This document shows, piece after piece, positions 1 through 13,265 of a stretch of DNA of 64,000 bases. Below the pieces are notes generated by a model. That model was not told where the DNA came from, searched no databases, and saw only the letters and a list, made by a program, of their open reading frames with translations. Positions within the stretch are counted from its first letter, which is position 1, and every line of letters starts with the position of its first letter. The DNA lies in assembly GCF_006345805.1 (NCBI RefSeq), contig NC_043005.1, positions 41,540,001-41,604,000 of the forward strand, written 5' to 3'. This DNA comes from Octopus sinensis. Lineage: Eukaryota. The position numbers and the translations under genes are program-made.

Positions 1-445
1 GATATGATCTTTGCAGTGTGGGGTAGCGCATTGTCCTGATGAAACATCATTCATTTTCGATTCACTGAAGCGGTTCTTTTTTTCTTCAAAGCTCGGTATT
101 GATTGTTGCTTTGGGTGGTAAAAATTCAAAGTGAATTACTTCTTTGCAATCCCACCAGATAGAGAAAAGAACCTTTTCCCCATGAAGTTCCCTTCTCGGT
201 TGTGGTTGAGTTTTTTTCCCTTTTACCAAGCCACTGTTTACGACAGTTAACATTTAGATAGAAGATCCATTTTTCGTCACCAGCCACAAGTCTATCCAAA
301 AAGGGTGAAATGAGTTCGTGAGAATGGGGAGAAGAGCAGATGTCAACTCGGGATTTGCGGTTGCTTTCGGAAAATTCACGAGGCACCCATTTTCCAAGTT
401 GAGGAACCTTCCCAAGTTGTTGAAGTTGACGATGTACAGTTGTAT
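1..445 (-). mobile_element. Degenerate mariner transposase fragment
   Basis: Minus-strand translation across frameshifts gives GKWVPREFSES (WVPHEL motif), FLDRLVAGDEKWIFY (first catalytic D) and, at the window edge, FHQDNALPHTAK (HDNARPH motif). Confidence 0.9.
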
Positions 446-1149
446 GGTTTGAACTAAGCTGTGCATCATTTGAGAACTTTTGAAGTTTGCTTACAATCTA
501 ACTTTGCTTTTCATAGAACTCTCTTCGATACTTCATGGGTGTAGCCTCATCCCTTGGGATGTTTGGAAAACTCATATGTGTTTTGGCTGATGAATACTTG
601 TATTTGCTGCAATATTTGCAGCTTTTAATGAAGCTGTTCTTCGTATGAAACAATTGTACTGAACAACTAATCCATTATTGTTGCTTTTTTCTTGTGTGTA
701 TATATATTTACATATAAATACATATATAAATACGCACACATATATATATATCTTCATAAAAATATAAGTTTAAACGTATAAACATAGATAAATACATACA
801 TATATCACACACATGCACACACATGCACACACATATGTTGCGTATGCATGACAAGTATCAAATTATATTAGAACTCATTATAGTTGTTTATTGCGTTAAA
901 CCTCTATTAACATGCTAAGTGCACATATAGAATGTTGTATAAACAATAAAATGAGACATAAAGCAGGTAGAAAGCAAACTGCATTTGAATGGAGCGCAGA
1001 AAATGATATCCGTGGTATCAGAAAAGCGTCATTTCTACAGCTGTTTTAATAATTCTTACGCAACATAATTATTACTTAATTCTGAAAAAAAAGAAAACCA
1101 TCTCGTCTGAGAGGTGCTTTTATATATAATTTTTTTTAGAGTATTTCAA

Positions 1150-1331
1150 ATGTCCCTTAACATGAGCAGGAGTTGTTGGGGACCATGATAGCCATGTGTT
1201 AAGAGGGATTGATTGGGGTTTGAATAAATGTAGCAAAAGCAAAGTTTGAAGGTAATACTAGCCATTTTTCATACTTAGGAGTAAGCAAATAGGAAATTGC
1301 TACCAACGGACAAAAACCGTGTTACACAGTA
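1150..1331. mobile_element. Partial copy of the MITE family also seen at 17889-18373
   Basis: Shares gagcaggagt...ggggtttgaat...caaaagcaaagtttgaagg...agcaaataggaaat...cgtgttacac with 18200-18373 and ends in the TIR gttacacagt followed by ata. Confidence 0.75.
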
Positions 1332-1477
1332 TAATGACTTGAAAGATGGTGATGACAAAAACTGAAGTTAGTGCAATTAGTAGCGTTGTGTTGAATATGC
1401 CAAAGGTGGTCTTAGGTATTGTACACTCGTTTATTTCTATGGTGCATGAGGCATTTTATGTAATGGTGTGTAATGAA

Positions 1478-1698
1478 GGCGGCGAGCTGGCAGAAACGTT
1501 AGCACGCCAGGCGAAATGCGTAGCCGTATTTCGTCTGTCATTACGTTCTGAGTTCAAATTCCGCCGAGGTCGACTTTGTCTTTCATCCTTTCGGGGTCGA
1601 TAAATTAAGTACCATTTACGCACTGGGGTCGATGTAATCGACTTAATCCGTTTGTCTGTCCTATCTGTGTTTATCCCCTTGTGGGTTGTAAAGAAATA
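1478..1698 (+). mobile_element. SINE family A, short form, with 14-bp TSD
   Basis: Head ggcggcgagctggcagaaacgttagc, B-box-like gagttcaaattcc; flanked by direct repeat ggtgtgtaatgaag (1465-1478 and 1699-1712). Confidence 0.9.
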
Positions 1699-1949
1699 GG
1701 TGTGTAATGAAGCTACCGTACAACCCTCAGTCATTAGCCGAATACACTGGCCTCTTGGATCTTTAGATAGTCTGTAATTCAAGGAACTACAATAAATTTA
1801 ACACCACATGTTACTTTTCTGATTTTTTAAAATGTAAAAGTTGTACATTTACAGGAGGATATGCGTAGCTCCATCCCTACATGGATGACATTGTTTCCCA
1901 TTTCCCCATAAATGTGTGACCTTAGGATTTTTGACTATAGACCCTATTT

Positions 1950-2720
1950 TATAATTGTTTCTTTCAAATACCAGAGTAGCTTGATCGGATAGCTGTGTTC
2001 TTCTTTGCCAGGTGTCTAAGAACATAAATGAAGACGTTGGCTCTATCTACACTGAAATTTATTTATGGTGAGGTCTAAATATTCTTTATTTGAGAGGTTT
2101 GTAATAATGTAAGAATTTTTCCATTGGTACTTGGACTCTAAGAGCCAATCTCGCGGATTCATACAATTACAATCAAATATACGGGCTCTTAATTCGTCTA
2201 TCAACTTGAACTAAGTTAAAGTTGATAGATGAATGCAGCTTCCTTCAACTAAGTTGAAGGAAGCTGTGTTCTGTGTGATGTTTTGGGTGGTTGAATAAGA
2301 TTGTTTGACGGTTATTTAGATTGAAAATTCTTTACTACTTTTGTTTCCGAAAGAAGTCTCTACTGAGTTACGAGAAGAATGTTTGTGCAATTGATGTAAC
2401 CAGCCTGTACGTTGTATGGGAAATTACAGCAGGTTACGGTTCTATACATTCATCTGTTTAGGTTTTTAGTGATGGCCTTAAGGTCGTAGTATTTCTTAAT
2501 ATGGTGGAGTGACTCATCTGGTTTTCTATTTGGATAGTAGATGCCATTATCTAAGTGTTACATCCAGATAATTAACAACGCCATAGTTAGAGTAAGAAGC
2601 AAATCTTTGCTTTAGCTCCATTTAGAACTTGTGGAGGTCATTCCTTATACGGTCGATATCCTCTAAATTATGATTACGAGTTCACCATCTCGATTATGCA
2701 GCCTCGAAGACAAAGAATAT
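1950..2720 (-). mobile_element. Degenerate Penelope-like retroelement RT fragment
   Basis: Minus strand near 2500-2580 reads VNYLDVTL/DNGIYYPNRKPDESLHHI, like the Penelope RT motif (NFLDVT...YRKP); many stops and frameshifts; boundaries approximate. Confidence 0.6.
2193..2266. repeat. Two adjacent palindromes, both centred on AACT-A-AGTT
   Basis: 2193-2233: 20-bp arms with 2 mismatches. 2236-2266: perfect 15-bp arms cagcttccttcaact / agttgaaggaagctg. Confidence 0.9.
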
Positions 2721-2726
2721 ACCATA

Positions 2727-2939
2727 GGCGCATGCGTAGCTGTGTGGTAAGAAGTTTGCTTCTCAACCATATGGTTCGGGGTTTAGTCCCATTGCGTGAC
2801 ACCTAGCACAAGTGTCTTCTGGCCCGGGTCAACCAAAGCCTTTTGAATGGATTTGGTAGACGGAAACTGAAAGAAGCCCGTCGCAGATACGTACACTCAC
2901 ACACACATGTTTATATATGTACGTATGTGTGTGCATATA

Positions 2940-2980
<41 letters not shown>

Positions 2981-3189
2981 GTGCGTGATTGTCTTTGTAT
3001 CGATGCTTATCTCCACCACCACCACCACCTGACAACCGATGCTATTGGGTTTACGTCCCCGTAAATTAGCGGTTCGGCAGAAGGCACCGGTAGAATAAGT
3101 ACCAGGCTTTAAAAAAATAAGTACTGGGGTCGAATCATTCGACTAAAAATTCTTCTGGCTGCAGTCTAATGATTGAAACAAGTAAAAGA
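2727..3189 (+). mobile_element. SINE family B (tRNA-like head, CORE-like segment, internal microsatellite)
   Basis: ggcgc..g.gt.gctgtgtggtaag head, ggtttagtccc B-box-like segment, gcacaagtgtcttct, internal (TA)n, 3' gattgaaacaagtaaaaga. Confidence 0.85.
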
Positions 3190-3465
3190 CAGGAACAAAC
3201 ACGCACGCGCGCACACACATACTGACGCACACACATTTATAGAATCACAGAACATTCTAGAGAACACACAAAGTCGGCTTAGTTATAGATATGAGCTAGA
3301 AAACGATATAATATAAACAGCATTATTGAATTGGTTTTGTTTAAGAAATGCGCATTGCCTTGGAATATTATAACTATAAATAGACAACTTCCGAAGGGTA
3401 AAGGTTACTTATTGACAGTCTCTGCCTGAAATACCTATGTTCTTTAATACTCTGAATAACATATC

Positions 3466-3703
3466 TCTTTTACTCTCTTTTACTCTTTTACTTGTTTCAG
3501 TCATTTGACTGCGGCCATGCTGGAGCACCGCCTTTAGTCGAGCATATCGACCCCGGGACTTATTCTTTGTAAGCCCAGTACTTATTCTATCGGTCTCTTT
3601 TGCCAAACCGCTAAGTGACGGGGACGTAAACACACCAGCATCGGTTGTCAAGCAATGCTAGGGGGACACACACAGACACACAAACACGTACATATATATA
3701 TAT

Positions 3704-3767
<64 letters not shown>

Positions 3768-3902
3768 TACGACAGGCTTCTTTCAGTTTCTGTCTACCAA
3801 ATACACCCACAAGGCATTGGTCGGCCCGGGGCTATAGCAGAAGACACTTGCCCAAGGTACCACGCAGTGGGACTGAACCCGGAAACATGTGGCTGGTTAG
3901 CA
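3466..3902 (-). mobile_element. SINE family B
   Basis: Reverse complement of family B with (tactcttt)n tail and internal (TA)n; head slightly truncated. Confidence 0.9.
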
Positions 3903-3933
3903 GGAGTACATCTGTTAAGAATATTGAAATATT

Positions 3934-4320
3934 AGTTTCAAATTTTCACACATGGCCAGCAATTGTAGTGGAGGGATAAGTCGATTACATCGACCCCAGT
4001 GTATAACCAGTAATTACTTTATTGGTCCAGAAAGAGATGAAAGGCAAATTCGACCCCAGCGGAATTTGAATTATCAGACAGACGAAATGCAGCTAAACAT
4101 TTTGCCCGGTGTGCTAACAATTCTGCCAGCTCGCCGCCTTAAGGAATATAGAAATTTTAGTTTAAAATTTTGCTACAAGGCCAGCAGTTTTTTTAGGGAG
4201 GGGCAAGTCGATTACATTGATCCCAGTGTTCAACTAGTGCTTATTTTATCGACTCCGAAAGGATGAAAGGCAAAGTTGACCTCGGTGGAATTTGAACTCA
4301 GAACTTAAGAACGAACGGAA
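3934..4320 (-). mobile_element. Two tandem SINE family A copies (about 3934-4140 and 4160-4320)
   Basis: agtcgattacatcgaccccag...gaaaggcaaa.t.gacc.c.g.ggaatttgaa occurs twice; the first copy ends in ctgccagctcgccgcc (reverse complement of the head). Confidence 0.85.
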
Positions 4321-4392
4321 ATGTAGAATTATTAAGGTTTGCTTGCTTTTGGGAACCATTCATTGAAATATAATACCATCATATAAAGTCAA

Positions 4393-4580
4393 CCAGCTTG
4401 CAGAATCGTTAGCACGCCGGGCGAAATGCTTAGCGGCATTTCTTCCGTCGTTACGTTCTGAGTTAAAATTCCGCCGGGGTCGACTTTGCATATCATCCTT
4501 TCGGGGTCGATAAAATAAATACCAGTTGACTAGTACCCTCCCTCGAAATTTCAGGCCTTATGCCTATAGTAGAAAGGATT
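4393..4580 (+). mobile_element. SINE family A
   Basis: gcagaatcgttagcacgccgggcgaaatgcttagc...catcctttcggggtcgataaaataa...gaaatttcaggccttatgcctatagtagaaag. Confidence 0.85.
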
Positions 4581-4783
4581 ATATAAAGTTATCAGTTTGG
4601 TGAATATAGTAAGGCGTTATTTGATAACGATAGGGATAAAAACCCACTTCAGTAAAATATATTACATTTATAATCATCAAAATAGATAGTAGCTCGAAGT
4701 TTTCACCAAAGGATTTCTGGTATACTTTATAGTTGAATTTTGATGAATCATGTCTTTTACTGATATAGTAAAGTCAGAATTTT

Positions 4784-5190
4784 AAGGCGGCGAGCTGGCA
4801 GAATCGTTAGCACGCCGGGCGAAATGCGTAGCCGTATTTCGTCTGCCTTTACGTTCTGAGTTCAAATCCCGCCGAGGTCGACTTTGCCTTTCATCCTTCC
4901 GGGGTCGATTAAATAAGTACCAGTTACGCACTGGTGTCGACATAATCGACTTAATTCGTTCGTTTGTCTGTCCTTGTTTGTCCTCTGTGTATGTAGCTCC
5001 TTGTGGGTAGTAAAGAAATAAGTATTTCGTCTGTATTTACGTTCCTAGTTCAAATTCCACCGAGGTCGACTTTGCCTTTCATCCTTCCGGGGTCGATAAA
5101 TTAAGTACCAGTTGCTTACTGGGGTCAATCTAATCGATTGGCCCTGCCTCCCCCAAAAATTTCGGGCCTTGTACCTAGAGTAGGAAAGAA
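4784..5190 (+). mobile_element. SINE family A, long (internally duplicated) form, with TSD
   Basis: Module gtatttcgtctg..tttacgttc..agttcaaat..c.ccgaggtcgactttgcctttcatcc present twice; TSD taaagtcagaa(t/g)ttt at 4769-4783 and 5191-5205. Confidence 0.9.
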
Positions 5191-5939
5191 TAAAGTCAGA
5201 AGTTTGATGTTCTATTTTCAGTCATACAAAATCAGTGTAAAACTGAAAGTACAGCTTTCCGTTCATTTTGGATACGGTTTTATCACTCTTATAATAAATT
5301 CTTCGAAGACTACCATGATATTGTAGTGTGTTCTCTGTGAATTGGGTCAGTAATCCAGACATGATTCCTAATTGAAACATTTTCACTTTAATTACGCTTT
5401 CTTTTGTGTCAACTGGTTCTGGGCCACATCTTAACGTTATTGTTAAAAGCAGGGAAGATGGCTGGATTCCTTTATGTTAAATGCACATCAAAGCATTCAA
5501 AAGTGCTTCAACTATCCCAAGAGTTATAAGAGGTTTATGTTATGTTAAAGAGGGTAGCTTTTGGCATACAACTCGAATAATGGTGATTCTTAATAAACAG
5601 ATGTTTGCAAATCTTTTAATAGATACAACATTTTTAATGGATGAATCATCATTTTCATATGTTTTCCTCCTACTGAATTGTACCAAATATTTGAAAGCAA
5701 AGCGAACAGGATTTTCTTTTCTTATTCGCCGTTTCTATTTTGAAATATTGACAATGAAATATATTTTCACATTCAAACGAAAATTACTCTTACGTTACGA
5801 AAAATGAAAATAAAATATGTAAGGCATAAGACGAAAATTTTCGGCTCTCATCTCAAGATACATATTTAAATAGAGTGATGTGGTGTGTGTCCACATATGT
5901 ATAGGAGAAAGAGCTAGACAGAGAGTGTAGGTGTGAGGG

Positions 5940-6007
5940 CTCCTCCTCCTCCTCCTCCTACTACTACTACTACTACCACCACCACCACCACCACCACCAC
6001 CACCACC

Positions 6008-6047
<40 letters not shown>

Positions 6048-6205
6048 TGCACACACACATAAACACACATACGCACATATACACACATACACACACATAT
6101 ACACACACATAAAGACATTCACGCATATAGACTATATGTGTAAATTTCTCTCTTTCTCTCTCTCTCTCACTCTCTCTCTCTCACACACACACACACACTC
6201 ACACA

Positions 6206-6242
<37 letters not shown>
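5940..6242. repeat. Compound microsatellite (CCT)n(CTA)n(CCA)n(CTA)n followed by (CA)n and (CT)n
   Basis: Read directly from the sequence. Confidence 0.95.
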
Positions 6243-6245
<3 letters not shown>

Positions 6246-6786
6246 AGTCTATGTTTAGTTAAAAGTTAAACCGAAGGATTTTGTGAATTTATTAAGCCGT
6301 TATTGTTTTCAGAGCAAATTAAATTTCTCAAACTAATTTCTCTGCATAGCATTAAAATCGATCATCAATACAATTATTGAACAAATTACAATTGATCCAA
6401 GTGCAAATTTTGTAGCATTTTAAAGATCACCTCTCTCTCTCTTTCTCTCTGTCCTTTTTTTTTACTAACCTAGTAATAATATGAGTAACATAATATGACA
6501 TATAGTATGTCGCAGTTCAGATGTCCTCATAATTATGAGAACACATATTGAACATAGTAGACCTGCAGTTAAACCAATGACATTACAAAATTATTTTAGA
6601 AATTCTCCTGTAGATGATGTAAGTTACAATTTTAAAATGTTTATTTATCAGGTGATATAAGCCAGATAATGCGTATTGCCTTGTGTTTTCTACAGAAATG
6701 AAGACAAACAGACCGACATAGTAGCGCCGGTCTTAATCAGGGATAATAATATATTAGAAAGTGAAGTTACGTTTCATATTCATCTG

Positions 6787-6858
<72 letters not shown>

Positions 6859-6861
6859 CTA

Positions 6862-6955
<94 letters not shown>
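6787..6955. repeat. (TATC)n microsatellite
   Basis: Read directly from the sequence. Confidence 0.97.
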
Positions 6956-7446
6956 GTATGCATGTATGTATACACACACATATACACATACACATATTTC
7001 ATTTCAATGGAATTCAACGAAGGTGCCTTGACCTGCTAGAAATATCAACCAAATGTCTTTGAAAATTAACTTTTATGCCTACAACCTACATCTTTTGCTT
7101 TGTTCAGCCAGAACTGACCAGAGACTATTTAGATATAACTTTCGTTACTAATACTATTAAGAAAACAGAAAACATGGTGCTGCCTCATTCCAGTTGCATG
7201 TAGCCATGTCAAACTGTTTCTTTATGTGAAAGTCATTTTCATAAAAGTCAAAATTTATTTGCATGAAAGTAAAATTTCAGTGAATATGACATAAAACGGA
7301 TAACTAGTATTATTAATAAATTAGTAAACTAGTACACTCCAATTATAGGAACACTTCAGAATGAGAATGTAGGTTATCTTAAAATGACTAATGATGACTC
7401 TCTCTAAGATATTTGAGCAGCGATAAACACATATCAGATATATAAG

Positions 7447-8508
7447 ACAACGTGTCCATAAATTATCTTCACAACTTCCACAATATATTGTATCTATTAA
7501 AGTTGAGATCCATCAACCAACTTCTCTGCATGTTAAGTAAATTTTACTAAACCGGTATTGTTAAACAAGACGGTGCAGCGCCCCATTAGTGTTGAATGTT
7601 CGAGAGTTTCATAATGAAACTTTTCCAGATCGTTGGATTGAGAGAGGCGGATCAGTTCCCTGGACATCTAGTTCACCCTCTAGACTTTTTCGTATGCGTT
7701 TACAGTCTATCGTACAAAAGTTCAAAATCTCAAAGATCTCAAGGAAAAAATACGCTAAGCCATATTCAATATTGATGAGGGGATGTTCCGAAACACATGG
7801 TCAGAAATTAAGCATCATCTAGACTTTCTGCGTGCAACTAATGGAGTTCACATGGAAGGGTTCTGATATTTATTATGAAGCTTTGTTTGTTTGTCAATGT
7901 TTTTTCTAATAAAATCTACTGAGTTATCTTTATTTTTTCGTTTTTAAAAAATTCTGAATTTTTCAAATTGTGGAGGTAATTTATGGACATCTATATATAT
8001 AAAAACTGTAGTTGTGTGAGTGTCTGTCCCCTTCGATTTAGATTCCTAACTACTCCCACATTTTGCGGTGCAGTTTAACCAAATTCGGGTATCTTATAGT
8101 CGTGATTCATATCGAGCCCGTCTGAGTATTAGCGCGCGTCTACGAAGAGTCTACGATTTAAAAATAATTCAACATCATTTTTTATTCCATTTTAATGCAT
8201 AATTTTTCGTGTGTCGATGGCGGTGGAGTTGGCGTCCACGGTCACACCTGCACCTGTTTGCTTCTCCCCTTCTTCCCTCCCTCGTGAAGCTGTGGGGAAG
8301 GGAGTGTAAGGAAATCAACGTCGTAATGCGTTGTCAAGGAGACCAGCGTTCTTTTAGAACAACGACTTCATGGCTTGAAGACACCAAAACAGAAATGGCT
8401 AAGAAAGCCTGAATTGGCATCTATAAGGGAAGTAACTCTCTAAAAATGCTTATATAGTTATTTCCCTTACAAACCCGAGCAACGCTGGGCGATACTGCTA
8501 GTCCTGTA
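7447..8508 (+). mobile_element. Internally deleted Tc1/mariner-superfamily element (Tc3 or DD37D-like) interrupted by a Helitron
   Basis: Left TIR acaacgtgtccataaattatcttcacaa (7447-7474); right TIR ttgtggaggtaatttatggaca|tcctgta is split by the insert. Transposase remnant KQDGAAPH*..VREFHNETFPDRWIERGGSVPW matches QDGAPPH..FPGRWIGRGG..WP. Confidence 0.85.
7990..8501 (+). mobile_element. Non-autonomous Helitron
   Basis: Starts TCtatatatataaaa and ends with a GC-rich hairpin cccgagcaacgctggg then CTAG; inserted between A (7989) and T (8502) with no TSD. Confidence 0.88.
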
Positions 8509-8699
8509 TATATGAAATATATATCAGAACTGTATAAGAAAGTTATGGTTAGAGGATTGATTCTCATCGGCTTGGACAATGAATGTTCAGTTTTCTGATC
8601 CTATCATCTGCCGAACTGAATTAACGTGAAGTGACTGTGTACTACGCACCCTTCATATTAACGTGGTACCATGTGTTTAAATTAGAGGTGCACTCCATT

Positions 8700-8865
8700 C
8701 GATATGCATCCACACGCTTTCCATTTATCCAACTCCACTCACGTTGTTTGGAAAAACCTGTAGCTAAGGTAAAAACCACTTGCCCAAGATACTTAGCAGT
8801 AAAATTGAACTAAAGACCACATGATTGCGGTGCGAATTCTTTTAATTATTCGGCCAACCTGCGTC
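8700..8865 (-). mobile_element. Highly degenerate SINE family B head region
   Basis: tttccatttatccaactccactcac...cacttgcccaagatac..agcagt...tgaac...accacatgattg matches the family B reverse strand. Confidence 0.6.
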
Positions 8866-10436
8866 TAATGAAGGCGATATAGGTTCGGAAATATGAGCAT
8901 AAATGACAGACATATATGACGGTTATACGACAGATACAAGACATAGCAACCAAAAAAAAAAGGCATATCAGTTAAGTGGTTAAACAATCGACGGTTTGAA
9001 TGTATTCGCTCGATGACTCCAGCCCTCAAAGGTCTGGTCTATAAAGATGAAATAGGTTCGGCGTGAATATAAGTTCATTGTTATGAGTCACGAAGACGCC
9101 ATATATCAGACAATTTCGTTCGTAAGTTTTAATGTAGTTACACTCACACCCAAAAATAACTTGTTAAAGGGCTCATTGGAATTTGAGATAAGTTCTGCAC
9201 AACAACACAACCAGTAATTGTAGTGTATAAAGAGAAGAGAAAATATATCATGTGAGATAAACACCGAAGAAAGTAAACATTATAAATCTTTGTTAAATCC
9301 ACAACAAATCCTTTAATCCCACAGATTAAACATGATAAGCGTCTGGCCAATAGATACAATCAAATATTGATATTGTAAAATAAATTTTGGTTACCCGGCA
9401 CAGGTGGCTCCCAATATTTATAACAGTGAAAGTAAAAAGAGACAATGTTTAGATTTCGTGAAAAGACTTATAATGAGTAGGGACAGAAGGTTTATATCAA
9501 GCGAAAGATTTTGTTTTTGCACGGTTGATATGTATTTGACGTAATTTATTTCTTTATCCGTCTAAGATACCACTATTGGTCTCCTTATTACTAAGCTAGT
9601 TATGATAGTAAGTTAAAGAAGTAAAGTATGACAAGAGTTCAAATGTAGTTTTGTTCACAGAATATCTGCCGAGTCGATCGTTTAGCGTTCAGTTATCCTT
9701 CTGACTGCATCACGTCAATCTTACCTTCTTCATTCTAGTCTCTTATATACTTTATTGGTTTATCATTTCTCCACCATTTTGCTCGCCACTAAACCACCAC
9801 TAATACGTTTAATTTAATGTTTTACTTAAGATATGTCAACAAGATATCTTTTCATCTTTCCAAGTAAAAAATAAATATCCAAATTTTGTATCCATGAAAC
9901 AGTTTGTAAAACAGCAACTATATGGTTCGAAAATTATGAATCTTTTGTACGTATTTGTGTTATCAATTTTATTGGAAGAAACAACATCATATCGTGCCTG
10001 GAATTACAGTCTATCCTTTAAAATCATTGAATTCTTGACGCTTAATCATCTCACAAGAAACGTTTAAATACTTTTAAAAATGTGTTTACTTGAACTAATC
10101 TGTCTCTCTTAGGTACAATTCTTAAATGAAAAGCTCTATCAATTCGGTTGCGTTTTCCTTTTTCCTTTTATTAGTTTCCGAAGCAATAACCTTTCTTCTG
10201 TATGTTCTATAATTACAGTCTCCAGTTTAGTACCTCTCCCTTTCTTATTCATGGCTCCTGTGTAGGCTCCATAATACATTGTACTCTATCGAATAAATGA
10301 TTAGAGCAGAGGATGAGCAGAGCAACTTCCTGGTTGGTGGATAGTTTTTAGGCGCCCTTGATTTGGCTGTGATACCTAAAAATTCCATAAGCACAAAATG
10401 AATTCTACAGGGATATTAGTCGTTACATTTGAGTAT

Positions 10437-10804
10437 ACTCTCTTTTACTCTTTTACTTGTTTCAGTCATTTGACTGTGGCCATGCTGGAGCACCGCCTTT
10501 AGTCGAACAAATCGACCCCAGGACTTATTCTTTGTAAGCCCAGTACTTATTCTATCGGTCACTTTTGCCGAACGGCTAAGATACGAGGACGTAAACACAC
10601 CAACATCGGTTGTCAAGCGATGTTGTGGAGGACAAACACAGACACACAAACATATACACAGACACATACATACATATATATATGTATGAGTTTCCGTCTA
10701 CCAAATCCACTCATAACGCTTTGGTCAGCCCGTGGCTATAGTAGAAGACACTTGCCCCAGGTGCCACGCGGTGGGACTGAACCCGGAAGCATGTGGTTCG
10801 TAAG
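10437..10804 (-). mobile_element. SINE family B
   Basis: Close match to the 3466 and 26985 copies; head truncated at the junction with the family C copy. Confidence 0.9.
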
Positions 10805-11058
10805 CGGCGAGTTGTGTCCTTGAGCAAAACACTTCCTTTCACGTTACTCCAGTTCACTCAGCTGGCAAAAATGAGTAGAAATTGTAAATCAAAGGACCAG
10901 CCTTGTAATATTTTGCGTCCCGCTGAATCTCCCTGAGAACTACATTAAGGGTAATCATATATATGAAGTACTCAACCACTTGCGCATTAATTTTATGAGC
11001 TAGCTGTTCTGTTGATCAGATCAGCTGGAACACTCGTCGTCATAACCGACGGAGTGCC
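10805..11058 (+). mobile_element. SINE family C (head-truncated)
   Basis: gttgtgtccttgagcaaaacact...gctgaatctccctgagaactacattaaggg...tcgtcgtcataaccgacggagtgc, shared with the 50367 and 62596 copies. Confidence 0.8.
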
Positions 11059-11897
11059 ATTTAGTTAAATATTGAGTTAAGAGGTGGTTGTTTCGTTAAG
11101 AAATTGAAGTAATTATTAAATTCAGTACATACTTTGATTAGATGATCTCGGGAGTCATTCATGTATGTACGGACCAGTTTAGAAGACTTCGAGTGGACTG
11201 AACAAAATAGGACCAAAACAATATAGTAGTTCAAAGAACAGTTTGTATTTTGAATGTTAAGATAGCTTATTTGTGTTAGGGGAAGGAGAGATATAAAACT
11301 GAATCATGATTCATATATTCGGTAAAGAAACCAATCCCTTGTATATTGGCAACTGTTTGGCATATCTACACAGACCAGACATGAACAACGTGTGGTTTGA
11401 AACAGAGAATGAATTGGCATTCTTTACCGTAGGAGTGGCTGTGAGGTAAGTAGCTTGCTTACGTTGGTGAAGATATATTTTTCATGCTGGATGCACAACT
11501 AAAGGAGACCCTTAGGTTGGGCCTGTTGAATAAACGTCTTTATCTGTACGTCTGCGTGAAGTGTGTGTCTATTAACCTGAGGAATATCCTTCCCACACCC
11601 TTTCCAGGTGCTAGGGCCTGGCATGTAGGAGATACGATCCTTAAACCCGCTACATGCCAGTGCCTCGATGTAGATTCGATATATATATATATGGATGTAT
11701 GTACGTATGTACGTATAGATGTATGCGTGTATGGATGGATGTATATCTTCTCCGTGTCCATTATTTACTGTTAGGTGGACAGAGTTATTGATATCTTGCC
11801 ATGCACTTAACAGAAAAGTAAAATGGAAAATGTCTTTATTTCTGTTACATTTACGTGTACAAATCCATCAAAGTATGAGTTTTAAAGAACTAGGTTA

Positions 11898-11929
<32 letters not shown>

Positions 11930-12096
11930 ACCATCCAGATCGTCATCACTATGTCTTCATGTGTGTGGAGCTGCGTATAATATTTGACAAACATTTTCGA
12001 TGCAGCCTGAAGTGGTGTTTGTCTATACTCGACTTGATGTCTATGTAACCTATAGGGTTTGGGAATTTTTAGGCGTGTATAACTTTTTAATGTATG

Positions 12097-12585
<489 letters not shown>

Positions 12586-13265
12586 AGACACAAGTACGCA
12601 GATGCTTATACTTTACGTGTTTCCCTATATGTTCCTTTTTTATTATCATACATAATTTTAGTTGATGTGTTGTTTTTTTTTAATCTTTTTATGTGATAAT
12701 TCTGCTCGGTAGACAACTAACACACATTAAATAGTATGTTTCCACTCTTCTCCGCTAGATCTCCGATATTGTACGATCTCATCCAACTTCATGGTAGTTG
12801 CTTTGAAGTTTAAGAGGAGCGAGTACAAAAGAATAATTTGTAGTTGATAGTAGAGATAGCGAAGGCTAGATGAAACCAATGATATTAGAACGATCTTTAT
12901 CACCTTATTCAGTATTCCTTCGATAGCGACTAACTTTTATAATATTATATAGCATGGCGAAAACTCTCTCTCTCTCTCTCTCTCTTTCTCTTTCTTCCTC
13001 TCTTACACATGCAGACAAATTTACCGTCTCTTTATGTGTATGACAAAATACATACATAAACACCTCGAAACTTACATAAATTGAATAAATTGTAATGTAT
13101 GACAGACACTCATATATACATATTCATAACTTTTTCTACTCATGTACACTAAACAAATATCTTCTCTGTCTGGACAGACTTTGCACATACAAAAACTATA
13201 ATGCACGCCGGGAAATGCATGTGCACATATACAATCAATTCCCGACGTAGAGCTGTACTCGCACG

